Shown in pieces: positions 52,586 through 64,000 of a stretch of DNA of 64,000 nucleotides (positions are counted from its first letter, which is position 1; each line of letters starts with the position of its first letter). Source of the stretch: Mytilus edulis (lineage: Eukaryota); NCBI RefSeq assembly GCF_963676685.1, contig NC_092345.1, forward strand, positions 82,460,001-82,524,000, read 5' to 3'. The position numbers and the translations under genes are program-made. A model generated the notes under the pieces. The model saw only the letters and a program-made list of their open reading frames with translations. It was not told the origin of the DNA and made no database searches.

Positions 52586-53044
52586 GGTATATCAATTGAT
52601 ATTTATTATAATTGCTTTTCCAGTGCTACCTTCAACTTTTAAAAGTTCATCTAAGTAGTTCTTTCGCAATAGTAGTTAACGTTGATAATAATTTAAAAGA
52701 ATACAAGTGTATAATGCATTTAATTAAGTTAATGACCCCGTGTTTGCGTAGCATTAAACAATTACTATAGATAGCAAAATCTATTCGAACTTAACGGAGC
52801 TTTTAAATAAATTCTGAGCGACAACTTAATCTGAATGTATGTGATATTTGATAGAGTCATTTGTCATATAGACAACGTCATTCGATTCGTCAAAAAACAG
52901 GAACCGTTTGAAACTAAGTGTTTGGTTTGAAATTTGATCGCAAAATAAATGATAATCTGAATAGCAGTAACTACAATACAATAAAACAAATTATATCACT
53001 TAAATTTTTCGTGGAACAAATAATATTTTGATAATTCTGTCTCA

Positions 53045-54483
53045 TTTTTAGCTCACCTAGCCCAAAGTGCCAAGTGAGCTTTTTCCATCACTTTGCGTCC
53101 GGCGTCCGGCGTCCGGCGTCCGGCGTCCGGCGTCGTTAACTTTTACAAAAACCTTCTCCTCTAAAAATACTGGGCCAAATTAAACCAAACTTGGCCACAA
53201 TCATCCTTGGTGTATCTAGTTTTAAAAATGTGTCCGATGACCCGGCCAACCAACCAAGATGGCCTCCATGGCTAAAAGTAGATCATAGGGGTAAAATGCA
53301 TTTTTTTGCCTTATAACTCAAAAACCAAAGCATTTAGAGCAAATCTGACATGGGTAAAATTATTTATCAGGTCAAGATCTATCTGCCCTGAAATTTTCAG
53401 ATGAATCGAACAACCCGTTGTTGGGTTGCTGCCCCTAAATTGGTAATTTTAAGGAAATTTTACTGTTTTGGGTTATTATCTTGAATATTATTATAGATAG
53501 AGATAAACTGTAAACAGCAATAATGTTCAGCAAAGTAAGATTTACAAATAAGTCTACATGACCGAAATGGTCAGTTGACCCCTTTACACAGCTACTTTTT
53601 CATAGGTACTATTTCTGTACTAAACATTTGTAGTACTGGAAATTTACTTTTAATATTTAGTACTATTTTTTTACTTTAAAAATATTGTAATATTTAGGTA
53701 CTTGTATTTTACAGTACTTGATTTGTACTAAATATTTTGGTACAAAAATAATACAATATTCCATGTTTGAAAATCATAATTTAAAGAGATTTGAAATAAG
53801 AAAAACTTTCAAAATGCTGAAAATGTAACGGTAGTAACCAAAAATCTAAAGTACTTAAATTTCAAGTACAAATTAAGTACTGTAAAAAACAGGTACCTAA
53901 ATATTACAATAATTTTAAAGTAACAAAATAGTACTGAATATTAAAAGTAAATTTTCAGTACTACATATTTTTAGTACAGAAATCTGACTGGGTAAAATTG
54001 TTAATCAGGTCAAGATCTATCTGCCCTTAAATTTTCAGATGAATCGGACAACCTGTTGTTGGGTTGCTGCCCCTAAATTGGTAATTTTAAGGAAATTTTA
54101 CTGTTTTGGGTTATTATCTTGAATATTATTATAGATAGAAATAAACTTTAAACAGCAATAATGTACAGCAAAGTAAGATTTACAAATAAGTCAAATGACT
54201 GATATGGTCAATTGACCCCCTAAGGAGTTATTGTCCTTTATAGTCAATTTTTAACCATTTTTATAAAATTTGTAAATTTTTACTAACATTTTCCACTGAA
54301 ACTACTGGGCCAAGTTCATTATAGATAGAGATATCTGTAAGCAGCAAGAATGTTCAGTAAAGTAAGTAAGTACAAACACATCACCATCACCAAAACACAT
54401 TTTTTTCATGAATCCATCTGGTTCCTTTGTTTAATATTCACATAGACCAAGGTGAGCGACACAGGCTCTTTAGAGCCTTTAGT
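53045..54483 (+). mobile_element. Non-autonomous Helentron (HINE-like) element
   Basis: Begins TTTTTAGCTCACCT, subterminal inverted repeat AGGTGAGC at 54450, (GCGTCCG)n microsatellite, internal repeats, and 3' hairpin AGGCTCT-tt-AGAGCCT. Absent from units 1 and 2. Confidence 0.8.
53586..53983. mobile_element. Foldback/MITE nested in the HINE
   Basis: About 120-bp inverted arms (53611-53730 vs 53865-53983) rich in AGTAC. Right terminus truncated. Confidence 0.7.
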
Positions 54484-55956
54484 ATATATTTGCTTTTGCT
54501 ACTAGACGGTAAGCAAACAAACATCAATGAATAAATATTTATATAATTTAAAAATTTTACTAAGAAATATTGACATGAAACGAAACTCGGAAAACGTACA
54601 AATTAATTGAGTGATGTTTGAAATTGACAGCCACAGGACAGTAACACGACAAAAAATCGTAGAGCAAACAAGGTGTATATGTCCAATTTTCCTCCCACGA
54701 CACACGACAGCGCCACGATGCTCAAAATATCGTGCGACTGTCGTGCGAATGTCGTAAGACGATCACAGATGACCCGCGATTTGACCAAATTTTATGTCGT
54801 GGCGCTGCATATATGTGTCGTGGGTTCGTTGTGACCAGGGCTTTACTGCACGAGATGCGTATTTCGACAAATAATGTCTCTTCATTGATTCTCGAGGACA
54901 AAGTATTTGGACATTCAAAATCTAATACAAGCGTTTCTTGGAATTGATATTACAAAAACTGACATCATGTATAACCAAACTTAGACAAAAATTCAGAGAT
55001 CTGCATTTCCTTGGTTTCAAAAAAGTTAAATCGCAAAATACTAAACTTTAAAAAAAAAATCAAAACGAAAAGTCCCTATTAAACCAAATTGCAAAATCAA
55101 AACCTGAAACACATCAAACGAATAGATAACAACTGTCATAATCCTAAGATGGTATATACAGGCATTTTATCATGTAAAAAATGGTGGATTAAACAGGGTT
55201 TAATAGCTAGCTTAACCTCTTACTTGTATGAGAGTCGCATAAAGATCCATTATATTGACAACGATGTATGAACAAAACAAACAGACATAATAGGTAAAAA
55301 TGGGTAACAAATGGGAACAGCAGTTAACATTGTACTATTATATTATCCACTATTTAAAAAATACGTAAACAAATATTTACCATGGCACATTAATATCATG
55401 ACGGGATGTATAAGTACAAAGCTACGTCATTTGTAACAAAGAAAACCAAAAAGTCATATAGACACGCCATTTCTTTCGTTTTTCAATACATATTTCACAA
55501 AAATAATTCGTATTTTCTGGTAAACATCGAAGTACTGAACTACTGGGCCGAGGATACATTTGAAGACCTACAGTCATGATTATACTAAACGATGCCAATT
55601 AAAAAATAGTGCTTCTTTACAGAGGGTCCAAGATTACAAATAAACAATCAATGTATATCGATCTCATTCATATTGATCAAAATAAATTTGAATTGACTAG
55701 TAAATGCAGGAGTTACAATTAAAAGTTTGAAAGGTTATTTAATGTACACTTGGGATTTTAAATATTTCATATCTGTTGTCTTTTGTTCAGGTAGTTCAAT
55801 ATCCGTGCAAATATTTCATTATTATTTAGGATAAGGTTTGACAAGTTATACAATTACTAATCGAGAGAGGTTTAACCGGAAGGATATTTTGAATATAGAA
55901 ATTTTCATTCTTCTTCCATGTTCAAGAATATTTGACATTTCCAAGCGAGATAACCC

Positions 55957-56540
55957 AAAGGAGTAGGTCCGGTAAGGGCCGATTTTGGCCTCAAATTTCA
56001 GGTTTATCTAACGAAAGATTTTTGGCACTTTTTAAACACTTAAGTGTCTATTTCAATTGATTCAATTAGTTTATGTGACAGATTTTAACTGATTAAGTCA
56101 TTAAAAACCCTCCGATTCAAGCTAAAATATAAAAAATCTATCAAATATGCATAAAATCGTCACTTTTCAGATGGTTTTTGTCAAAAATGAAAGTGGCCGC
56201 ATCCGTGTTCATCCTTAACCTTTATATATGTTATGTATTATCATCAAATGCAACTTACATTTCAATATTATGAATGAACACGAATGCGGCCACTTTCATT
56301 TAAGACGGAAACTGTCTAAAATCTAACTAAAATGCTAAAATTGTGACTATTTCAGTAATTTAGCATGACTTCATGATGTTAGTACCCGATATATGTGCAT
56401 TGTAGTGTCAAAAACATCCCATATTTGTGTGACAGAAACATTCAACTTTCCAATAAATAACTAAAAAATTACATTTTCACAATTTTGCAAAACTGCTTTA
56501 TTTTGGGGCCAAAATGGGGTCTTACTGAACCTACTCCTTT
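55957..56540. mobile_element. Non-autonomous TIR element, Kolobok-like termini
   Basis: AAAGGAGTAGGTCCGGTAAG ... CTTACTGAACCTACTCCTTT. The TTAA TSD is not cleanly preserved. Confidence 0.65.
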
Positions 56541-57948
56541 ATTAAAGATTGTTTTTTTATAAAAAAAACCTCTGATAGTTCTAAATTGCTCACCGAGATA
56601 TAATTTATTATAACACGTGATATCTCGTATGTGTATTTTAATTAAGTCTTCATAATTCTGGTAAATTGACATAACCTCGGTTTTGAATGTATCTGAGTTA
56701 TTCTATTGTTCATTTTTTTTATCGAATTATATCATGGTCATGCACGGTATATCAAATTCATAAACAAAATACGTAATCTTGATACATTTTTCTGTATCAA
56801 ATCTCTTAAAATTCGATAGAACTTTCAATAACAATTACAACTTTTTAATTCTAAATGATGAAATTGGGCAAAACAGAAACTTTTATAAAGTCAACCTTTC
56901 TATTATGTCGATCCATTTGTATACTGTACATACGACATCTGTCGAACGGAGGTTTGCAGTATGCATTTCAAAATGCAGTTGACAACAGAAAACATTGATT
57001 TAAAAAAGAAATGTCTTGATAAATTGATTGTTTCATCATTTTTCAATCTTATCTGCTATGTCTGCGACGATAAATGGAATTTTTATGATTTTTGTAAAGT
57101 CAAAGGTACAATAACGGTAACCACAATAGAAACATAGGGGGAATTAAAATGGCCAATGACAACAGTAAACGCTGACTTAAAATTATTATTTTTTTAAGAA
57201 TCATATTTGGAAATCCTTCTAAAATTTCACTTGCTATGGACGTTTAAGGTAAAAAAAGATATATTGCAAATTATAACAGGGTATAAGTGTTTCCCGTTTA
57301 AATCAAGGATAACTATTTATACGATTTGTCAATGACATATAATGTAAAAAATTAAATGTCCTTCGTTCTTGTGTATGATCGCTCCAGATCAAGAAAAAAA
57401 AACATGAATAATGAGGACCTCAGGTGCAGGTATAACACTAAATAATTCTGTTTTAAGGAGTAATCTCGGTTATTCATATAATTGTGTGCCGTACCATGCT
57501 CATTATCGGAATATCTCACACACACCAGCATCACGAATACTACAGGAAAACACGTTCTTGGGTAATGCCAAAATGACAAACATTTTACTATCTCGACTGT
57601 TGTTACCAATGCTATTTGATTCAGTCTCTTAGAATATGACATGACATGTAAATGATAGGATATATAACTAAGTAAACATTGTTTATCATCAGTCTTCGTT
57701 CATTGATAAAAAGTCTTTTGTCTCCATATTCAATTAATATATGTTCTTATTAATTCAAATGATCTTTTATTCACTTTTAATATACTCTTCCTTCATTAGT
57801 TAATACAAAAAAAAAACCTAAAAGAAAGAATATGTACAGTTGGTCAACTAACATCCATCTAACATTATTACCGATTTCGTCATGAATCTGGTGGCTACAT
57901 TTAAGCTGGATATATACAAGATACGTATCGTGTGAACCACCTGGTCTT

Positions 57949-58400
57949 GATTTGAGAGTCATTGATGAGGTGTTTTTTTTAGGTTAAACGCGCGTCTGGC
58001 TAAAAAATTCAATCCTGGTATCTATGATGAGTTTATTAACAACCACTTGGTCGATGTCACTGCTGGTGGAGTTTTAATTCCCAGAGGGTATCACCAGCCC
58101 AGTAGTGAGCACTCATGTGTTGACTTGAGTTATCATTGATATGTTCATAATTATAAATTAGCTGTTATTAAAACTGATTTTTTGAAATACTAAAGCTTTT
58201 CTACCCCAGGAATAGATTACCTTAGCTGTGTTTGGCAAAACTTTTAGAAATTTTTGGTCGTCAATGCTCTTCAACTTCGTACTTAATTTTGTTTTTAACA
58301 TATTTTTATTCGAGCGTCACTGATGAGTCTTTTGTAGACGAAACGCAAGTCTGACGCAAATAAAAAATTTCAATCCTAGTATCTATGTTGAGTTTATTTA
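57949..58400 (+). mobile_element. Retrozyme-like repeat, unit 3 (355 nt between GUC sites)
   Basis: Degenerate 5' hammerhead (GUC at 57996) and intact 3' hammerhead (GUC at 58351). Confidence 0.8.
58314..58357 (+). ncRNA. Minimal type I hammerhead ribozyme (variant stem III)
   Basis: Perfect stem I GCGTCA/TGACGC, CTGATGA, GTCT/AGAC, GAAA, AC-GCAA-GT, C. Confidence 0.82.
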
Positions 58401-61125
58401 ATACATACTAGCTAGTTCGAATTCACCCCAAGTGTGTGTGTTATTTATTATGTGTATCAAGTTTATATGAAAAAAAAAGATTTTGTATGACTGCCAATTA
58501 TACAACTATCTACCGAAGTTCAAATCAATTGGATGTAGGCAACCGTACGGCTTCATGAATGAGAAAAACACATATCGAATAGTCGGCTATAAAAGGCCTG
58601 ACATATTAAATATTAAACAATTCAATTGAGGAAACCAACGGCCTAATTTCTAACAACACAATTACCAATATATACTTAACAACATAAGTACAAATGAAAT
58701 TTTAAAATTATTATATATCATGTATATGGTCAAATGTGGTGTATAAATGTATTACTAAATATACGTCTATTAAAACGTTTAAACCCACTGCATTTGTTTG
58801 TACCTGTCCTTAGTCAGGAACCTGATGTTCAGTGGTTGTCGTTTGTTGATGTGGCATATAAGTGTTTCTGTTTTCTTGGTTTTTTGCATAGATTAGACCG
58901 TTGGTTTTCGTGTTTGAATGGTTTTATACTACTCTTTGTTTTAGGGGGGGGGGGGGGGGGGAATTTATAGCTTGCGTTTGGTCGAAGATTAGGCTTCGTG
59001 TTGAACTTCATGCTTTACTTTTAAAAATTATGACTTGGATGGAGAGTTGTCTCATTGGCACTCATACTACATCTTCTAATATCTATCTAAAAATAAGTAG
59101 TCCAAGCAGGACTATACCATTATAGTGATTTTTCATTGGAACATCACTTATATAAATCAGGACATTTATTTTGTTTAAAAAAAAGAAAATGTTGCTATAA
59201 AGACATTGATTAACTTATTCATGCTTTTTTTTATTTGAAAAAAGTAAAATGACAAAAAAACTGAACTCAGAGGAAAATCCAATCGGAAAGTCCATAATCA
59301 CATGGCAAAATCAAATGACAAAACACTTCAAAAACGAATGATACATTCCCTATAATATTTGCAAAATTTGACAAGTTTTCAAAACATTTTATCTTGTTTG
59401 GCCACAATTGAATCTTCACGTCCTGTTCTTGTAAGACTTGATGATTTTATATATGCTGTGTTGAATTTTGGACCTTTAAAGGGTTTAGGATAAGATATTT
59501 TTTACATTCTATCGATTGTACGTGATTAAATGTTGGTTTTGCATTAATCAATTTATACAACTATAACGGTTATTACAATTTCTCCCTTTAGATTTTAACC
59601 TAAACATTGTTTTCGTCTAAATTATATGACGTTATACAAATACAGTGCAAATTTACGGAACAAATCATTTAATTCTGTTGATAAACTAATAATAGCATTT
59701 TAGTATGAATTAATATCAGGTTTTCAAATATTTATTTAACTTAATTATTCAATTCATTATTAATGAGTACATTAATGATTTTTATCTTTATGATGTAGTC
59801 AATGTGAAACGCGCGTCTGGCGTATGTACAAAATTTAGTCCTGGTATCTATGATGAGTTTATTTTCATCATCAGTCATGATTTTTAACCTTATATTAATT
59901 TGACTGTCGATTTTTTCCCCTGCTAAAGCTCTGGATGCTACTTGACGAGTGAATGTGAACTCCGCAGATTTTGGCTGTCTTAATTATTAGCGTAGAGTGT
60001 TAAAGATGACTTGTTTCCTCTTTTTAACGGAAAAAGAGGCATCGTTTTATTTTTTCCGCTTTGTCTATCATTATGTTTTTGTTATAGGGGACAAAAGATG
60101 CAGAAGATACTATGGGTACATTCAAAACTCATAAGTCGAAGACACAGTAACAATACCTTAACAAAAAAATCAATGATGACAAAAAGACAAAAAAGTTCAC
60201 AAGTAAATATAACGGAAATTGATGAGACTGTCATCAAAGTGAGAGGGTTAGCGCTATAAAACCAGGTTTAATACACCATTTTCTACATTTGAAAATGCCT
60301 GTACCAAGTCAGGAATATAAAAGATAAAGATAAAAGATAAAGATATTTTATTTCTAATCATAGGGCTCATAACAAGCATGTAATCACATAAAGTAAAAAT
60401 AAAAAGCCTTCTCTCCCATTCGCATACACTCACACATACAACTATCGTTCTGATTAAGAATGATTGATTAAACAGTACAACATGTAAATGAAAAATAAAA
60501 TACAGATAAAAATACAGACACAAATGTATTTTTTTAAGGAGAGTCAGTTACCTACATTGAATATGACAGTTCTTGTCCATTCGTTTTTAATTAAGGTTCA
60601 TACTCCGTCGGCAAACTTGACATGCAGGATTTTGGTGTATTCTTTTTGTATTCTTTTTGTTATATAACTCCTCCAGCCTCCAGTATTCTACTTTTATTGT
60701 TATACATCCTTTGTTTCATTCTTTTTATTTGAACGTTTCTGTTGAAGGCAACGCAATGGAAAGCATTGTTTTCATTTTATGACAGCACATTGAACCGCCT
60801 TACAAGTCCCTCTATCTAAATACTCAAATGAATTTCCTGTAGTAAACTTACTTGATCTTTAATCATAAGTTTATTAAAAATGATTACAAAACATTTGTTT
60901 AATATATTATATTGATAATGCCCACGTCAGTTTAGGTTATTTAATGAGAACGATTAACTTGAAAAATATAATAAGTTGTTTTCATAGTACTATTATTTTT
61001 AATCGAATACACTCGTTATTATACAAACATATCGTTTATAACTAAGCGACAAGGTTTGTAACAAATTCTATTTTAACTTGGAACGTTTAGATATTTGTTT
61101 TTTTTCTTTCTCTTTTATCGATATA

Positions 61126-62340
61126 ATGGACATTGCTTGGCTGTTAGTTTTATTATCAGTTCCACAAGTTCTTCAGATAAATGCATCGACATATTCTGAA
61201 ATCAGCTCTCTTTATCATACATTGACGACTGGATACAATAAATATCTGCGACCTCAATCGGATTATTCGGAAGCAGCACACCTCTACATCTCAATGAATA
61301 TACTAAATCTAAAGGAAATAAATGCTGTTGAAGGAACTGTTACAATATCCGTGTATTTCACTTTACAGTGGGACGACTTCAACTTGAAATGGACGCCAAG
61401 TAGCTTCAACAACACAGAGTATGTAGTTTTACCAACAGACCAAGTCTGGAAACCACCACTTATTAATTCCAATACCGCTAAGGAATTCAGCATGTTTGGC
61501 AATACAAATTCATATGTTATAATACATAACAGTGGAATAGTCACTTGGCAGCCTGGCCATCAGTTGGAATTCTCATGTAATATAGACACGACATATTTTC
61601 CCTTCGACACACAGAAATGTACACTGGATGTAATAACTTGGGGGTACAATATGGGTGATATTTATTTCACACCAACCCGTTCAAATATAGATACAATACA
61701 TTATGTTGAGAACAGTGAATGGGATATGACATTTACTTCCGTTGTATCAGAAGATGGTCCGCCTCCAACCACAAAATTTACAATGCATTTAAAGCGTCGT
61801 CCATTATATTTGATCATTAATTTGATATTTCCAGTAATTCTATTAGCACTTCTTAATATAACAGTATTTCTTTTGCCACAAGATTCTGGGGAACGTGTTG
61901 GATTCGCAATCACTCTGCTGCTTTCTATTGTTGTATTTTTAACCATTGCGCAAGGACTTCTTCCAGCAACTGCGCAACCAAGACTCTCCGCTGTTTGCAT
62001 AGTGCTAATCTTGAATATGGTAATGAGTGGTATGATAACTGTGTCTGTTATTGTAAGCGGGTGGATTTATTACAAGCCAGAAGATTATGATGTACCAAAC
62101 TGGATTCAAAAAGTTATTCGCTTTAAACTGTACCATCGACCCACTAATACAAACCAGGTACATGTGATAAATGTTCAAAATGAAAAGACAATAGACAAAC
62201 CACTATTCGACGGAAATGAATCAAAAGTTACTTGGCATATGGTCGCTAAATACTATGACAGGATTTCGCTCATATTTTATGTTATTTGTTTTGTGTGCGG
62301 ACATGTCTCTTACGCTATTGATATTGTAAAAGGAGAATGA
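61126..62340 (+). CDS. Single-ORF nAChR-like subunit, type C (about 404 aa)
   Basis: ATG at 61126 directly precedes the signal peptide; the track's TTG start is unlikely. Cys-loop CNIDTTYFPFDTQKC, SGERVGFAITLLL, four TM segments. No YxCC. Confidence 0.94.
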   Translation: MDIAWLLVLLSVPQVLQINASTYSEISSLYHTLTTGYNKYLRPQSDYSEAAHLYISMNILNLKEINAVEGTVTISVYFTLQWDDFNLKWTPSSFNNTEYVVLPTDQVWKPPLINSNTAKEFSMFGNTNSYVIIHNSGIVTWQPGHQLEFSCNIDTTYFPFDTQKCTLDVITWGYNMGDIYFTPTRSNIDTIHYVENSEWDMTFTSVVSEDGPPPTTKFTMHLKRRPLYLIINLIFPVILLALLNITVFLLPQDSGERVGFAITLLLSIVVFLTIAQGLLPATAQPRLSAVCIVLILNMVMSGMITVSVIVSGWIYYKPEDYDVPNWIQKVIRFKLYHRPTNTNQVHVINVQNEKTIDKPLFDGNESKVTWHMVAKYYDRISLIFYVICFVCGHVSYAIDIVKGE

Positions 62341-63479
62341 TTTTATCAATAATTTTTTTCTGTCGTTTTAAACTGAAAATAATTTGAGGTATTACTTAAG
62401 AATGTCAATTTACGAAAACGTTTACCTAAACGTTTTATAACTTGGCCTGTGTACTAAAACATGCTATATTTTGTATATTTTTTTCAAACTGTAATATAAA
62501 TCATGTATAATATTAAATTAATAATCCAACCGTTAAGTGAGATCGAAAATAATATAATGTGATCATTACCTTGAATATTATCGTAAAGGCACTGACAATG
62601 ATCGATTCGGAAAGAAAATATTGCGACTTTCATTTTAAGATAATGCACATAGTTGTAACTACCAAACACTGTGAATAAAATGTTATGTTAGTAGACGTCA
62701 TTCAAACAACAGCACAAACAATACCATACTAATTTACATACATTTTTGTCTTACTTTTAGACATTAGCAGGTAGGCTTTGAACAAAAGACATGTGTCCAA
62801 AATAAATTTGTCAAAATGTAAAATTTCCCAAACCTCTTAAGAATTAGTCGAAGAAACATTGTCAAAACTGATGCCATAAACAAAAATTTCTTGAAAAGCA
62901 TTAAGACATCGTCAGTGATATTGGCTGGCGAGGTTCCAGTCTTTATACGGACGCGCTATTTTGCAACTGGGATAAATTAGCTTTTTTGGGTTCTCACGCC
63001 TTCCCGTCATCACCATATATTGACAGTAGTGATGATGTCGGTAGTCTTTATACAGACGCACTAAAAGACCCAAGACCACAATTAATGACCCCGCTTTTCG
63101 TTGTTCACGAATATAGTTCCCTTTAATTATAGTGTATTTTGTCTTTATTTTTTTTTCTTTCCCTTTCTTATTCATTTCTTAGTTTTTCTGGGATGGAAAT
63201 GAAAGAAGAGAGCTGAAATAAACTTTTAGATGTTTTATTTTAACTGATTTTAATAAGGAAAGAGTGATTAGGCCAGGTGCAAAAAGGTAATATTTACACT
63301 TTTCGGATCATCTCTTGACTTGCCTATAGGGGTATGGATGTGTATTGGCCAAATTTGTATGATGTTTTTTGGACTTACATTACACACACACAAAAATAGA
63401 CAAAAAGAATAGGCAAAACTGTTTTAATGCGAAAAAACGTTATAAAGAAATGATAGAGGAATTAATTGTGGTCTCGGGC

Positions 63480-63745
63480 CAAAAGAGGGGCGAAAGATAC
63501 CAGAGGGACAGTCAAACTCATGGATTGAAAATAAACTGACAACGACATGGCTAAAATATAAAAAAGACAAACAGACAAATAATAGTACACAAGAAACAAC
63601 ATGGAAAACTAAAGACTAAGCAACACGAACCCCACCAAAAACCGGGGGTGATCTCAGGTGCTCCGGAAGGGTAAGCAGATTCTGCACCCGTCGTGTAACT
63701 TATGTTATTACAAATTCGGTAAATAGTCTAATTCGGTATTTCACA
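63480..63745 (-). mobile_element. 3' tail of the Penelope-like element family seen at 1-465
   Basis: Reverse complement of about 190-465. Confidence 0.7.
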
Positions 63746-63749
63746 TAAT

Positions 63750-64000
63750 ATCCAGCAGGAACATACAACTGTTTTGGTACTAAACCCTTCACACTATCAC
63801 AAGATATCGACAGTGATGACGACTCACGACTCACGACTCACGAGGTTCTTGTATTTATACAGACTCTCTATTATGCAGCAGGGATATACTAGCTTGGATC
63901 TCTACCCTTCCCATCACTATTACAAGATATCGACAGTAATGATGACTGGTGAGGTTCCTAGCTTTAAAATGAAACACTATTATGTTGCGGGGATATTCTA
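63750..64000. repeat. Diverged tandem repeat of about 120 bp
   Basis: CAAGATATCGACAGT...GAGGTTC...CTATTATG recurs twice. Related units at about 62900-63062. Confidence 0.65.

Larger units (their letters stand above)
45198..60201. repeat. Segmental duplication unit 3 (partial, more diverged)
   Basis: Collinear with unit 1 positions 466 to about 12530, with many private insertions. Homology ends at about 60201. Confidence 0.85.

Noticed and set aside
54625-54845. PIF/Harbinger-like MITE end (GTGACCAGGGCTTTA)
   Set aside because: Only one terminus visible and no TSD; cannot be classified.
60590-60770. Possible degenerate hammerhead-family repeat upstream of gene C
   Set aside because: Core and stems too decayed to support a call.

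Overview
AT-rich eukaryotic DNA with a repeat repertoire that looks like a bivalve (mussel, Mytilus-like); this taxonomy is inferred, not shown. The window is a tandem segmental triplication (units about 466-17270, 17271-45197 and 45198-~60200). It carries a cluster of single-ORF, divergent nicotinic-acetylcholine-receptor-like Cys-loop channel genes: five intact ORFs of three types (A x3, B, C) and one internally deleted type B pseudogene. All five keep the Cys-loop and a cation-type M2 pore, but lack the loop C YxCC and the loop A Tyr, and their short loop C is hypervariable. They are therefore candidate non-cholinergic, possibly chemosensory, receptors analogous to cephalopod chemotactile receptors. 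The intergenic DNA holds nested mobile elements: hAT-like elements with 8-bp TSDs, RTE-X-like LINEs, a near-complete Kolobok (transposase plus KolX), a Ginger2-like relic, Helentron-type elements and Penelope-like RT remnants. It also holds hammerhead-ribozyme retrozyme-like repeats and two stray housekeeping-gene fragments (the last two EXOG exons and an HPRT exon). All family calls come from motif recognition by eye; no searches were run.
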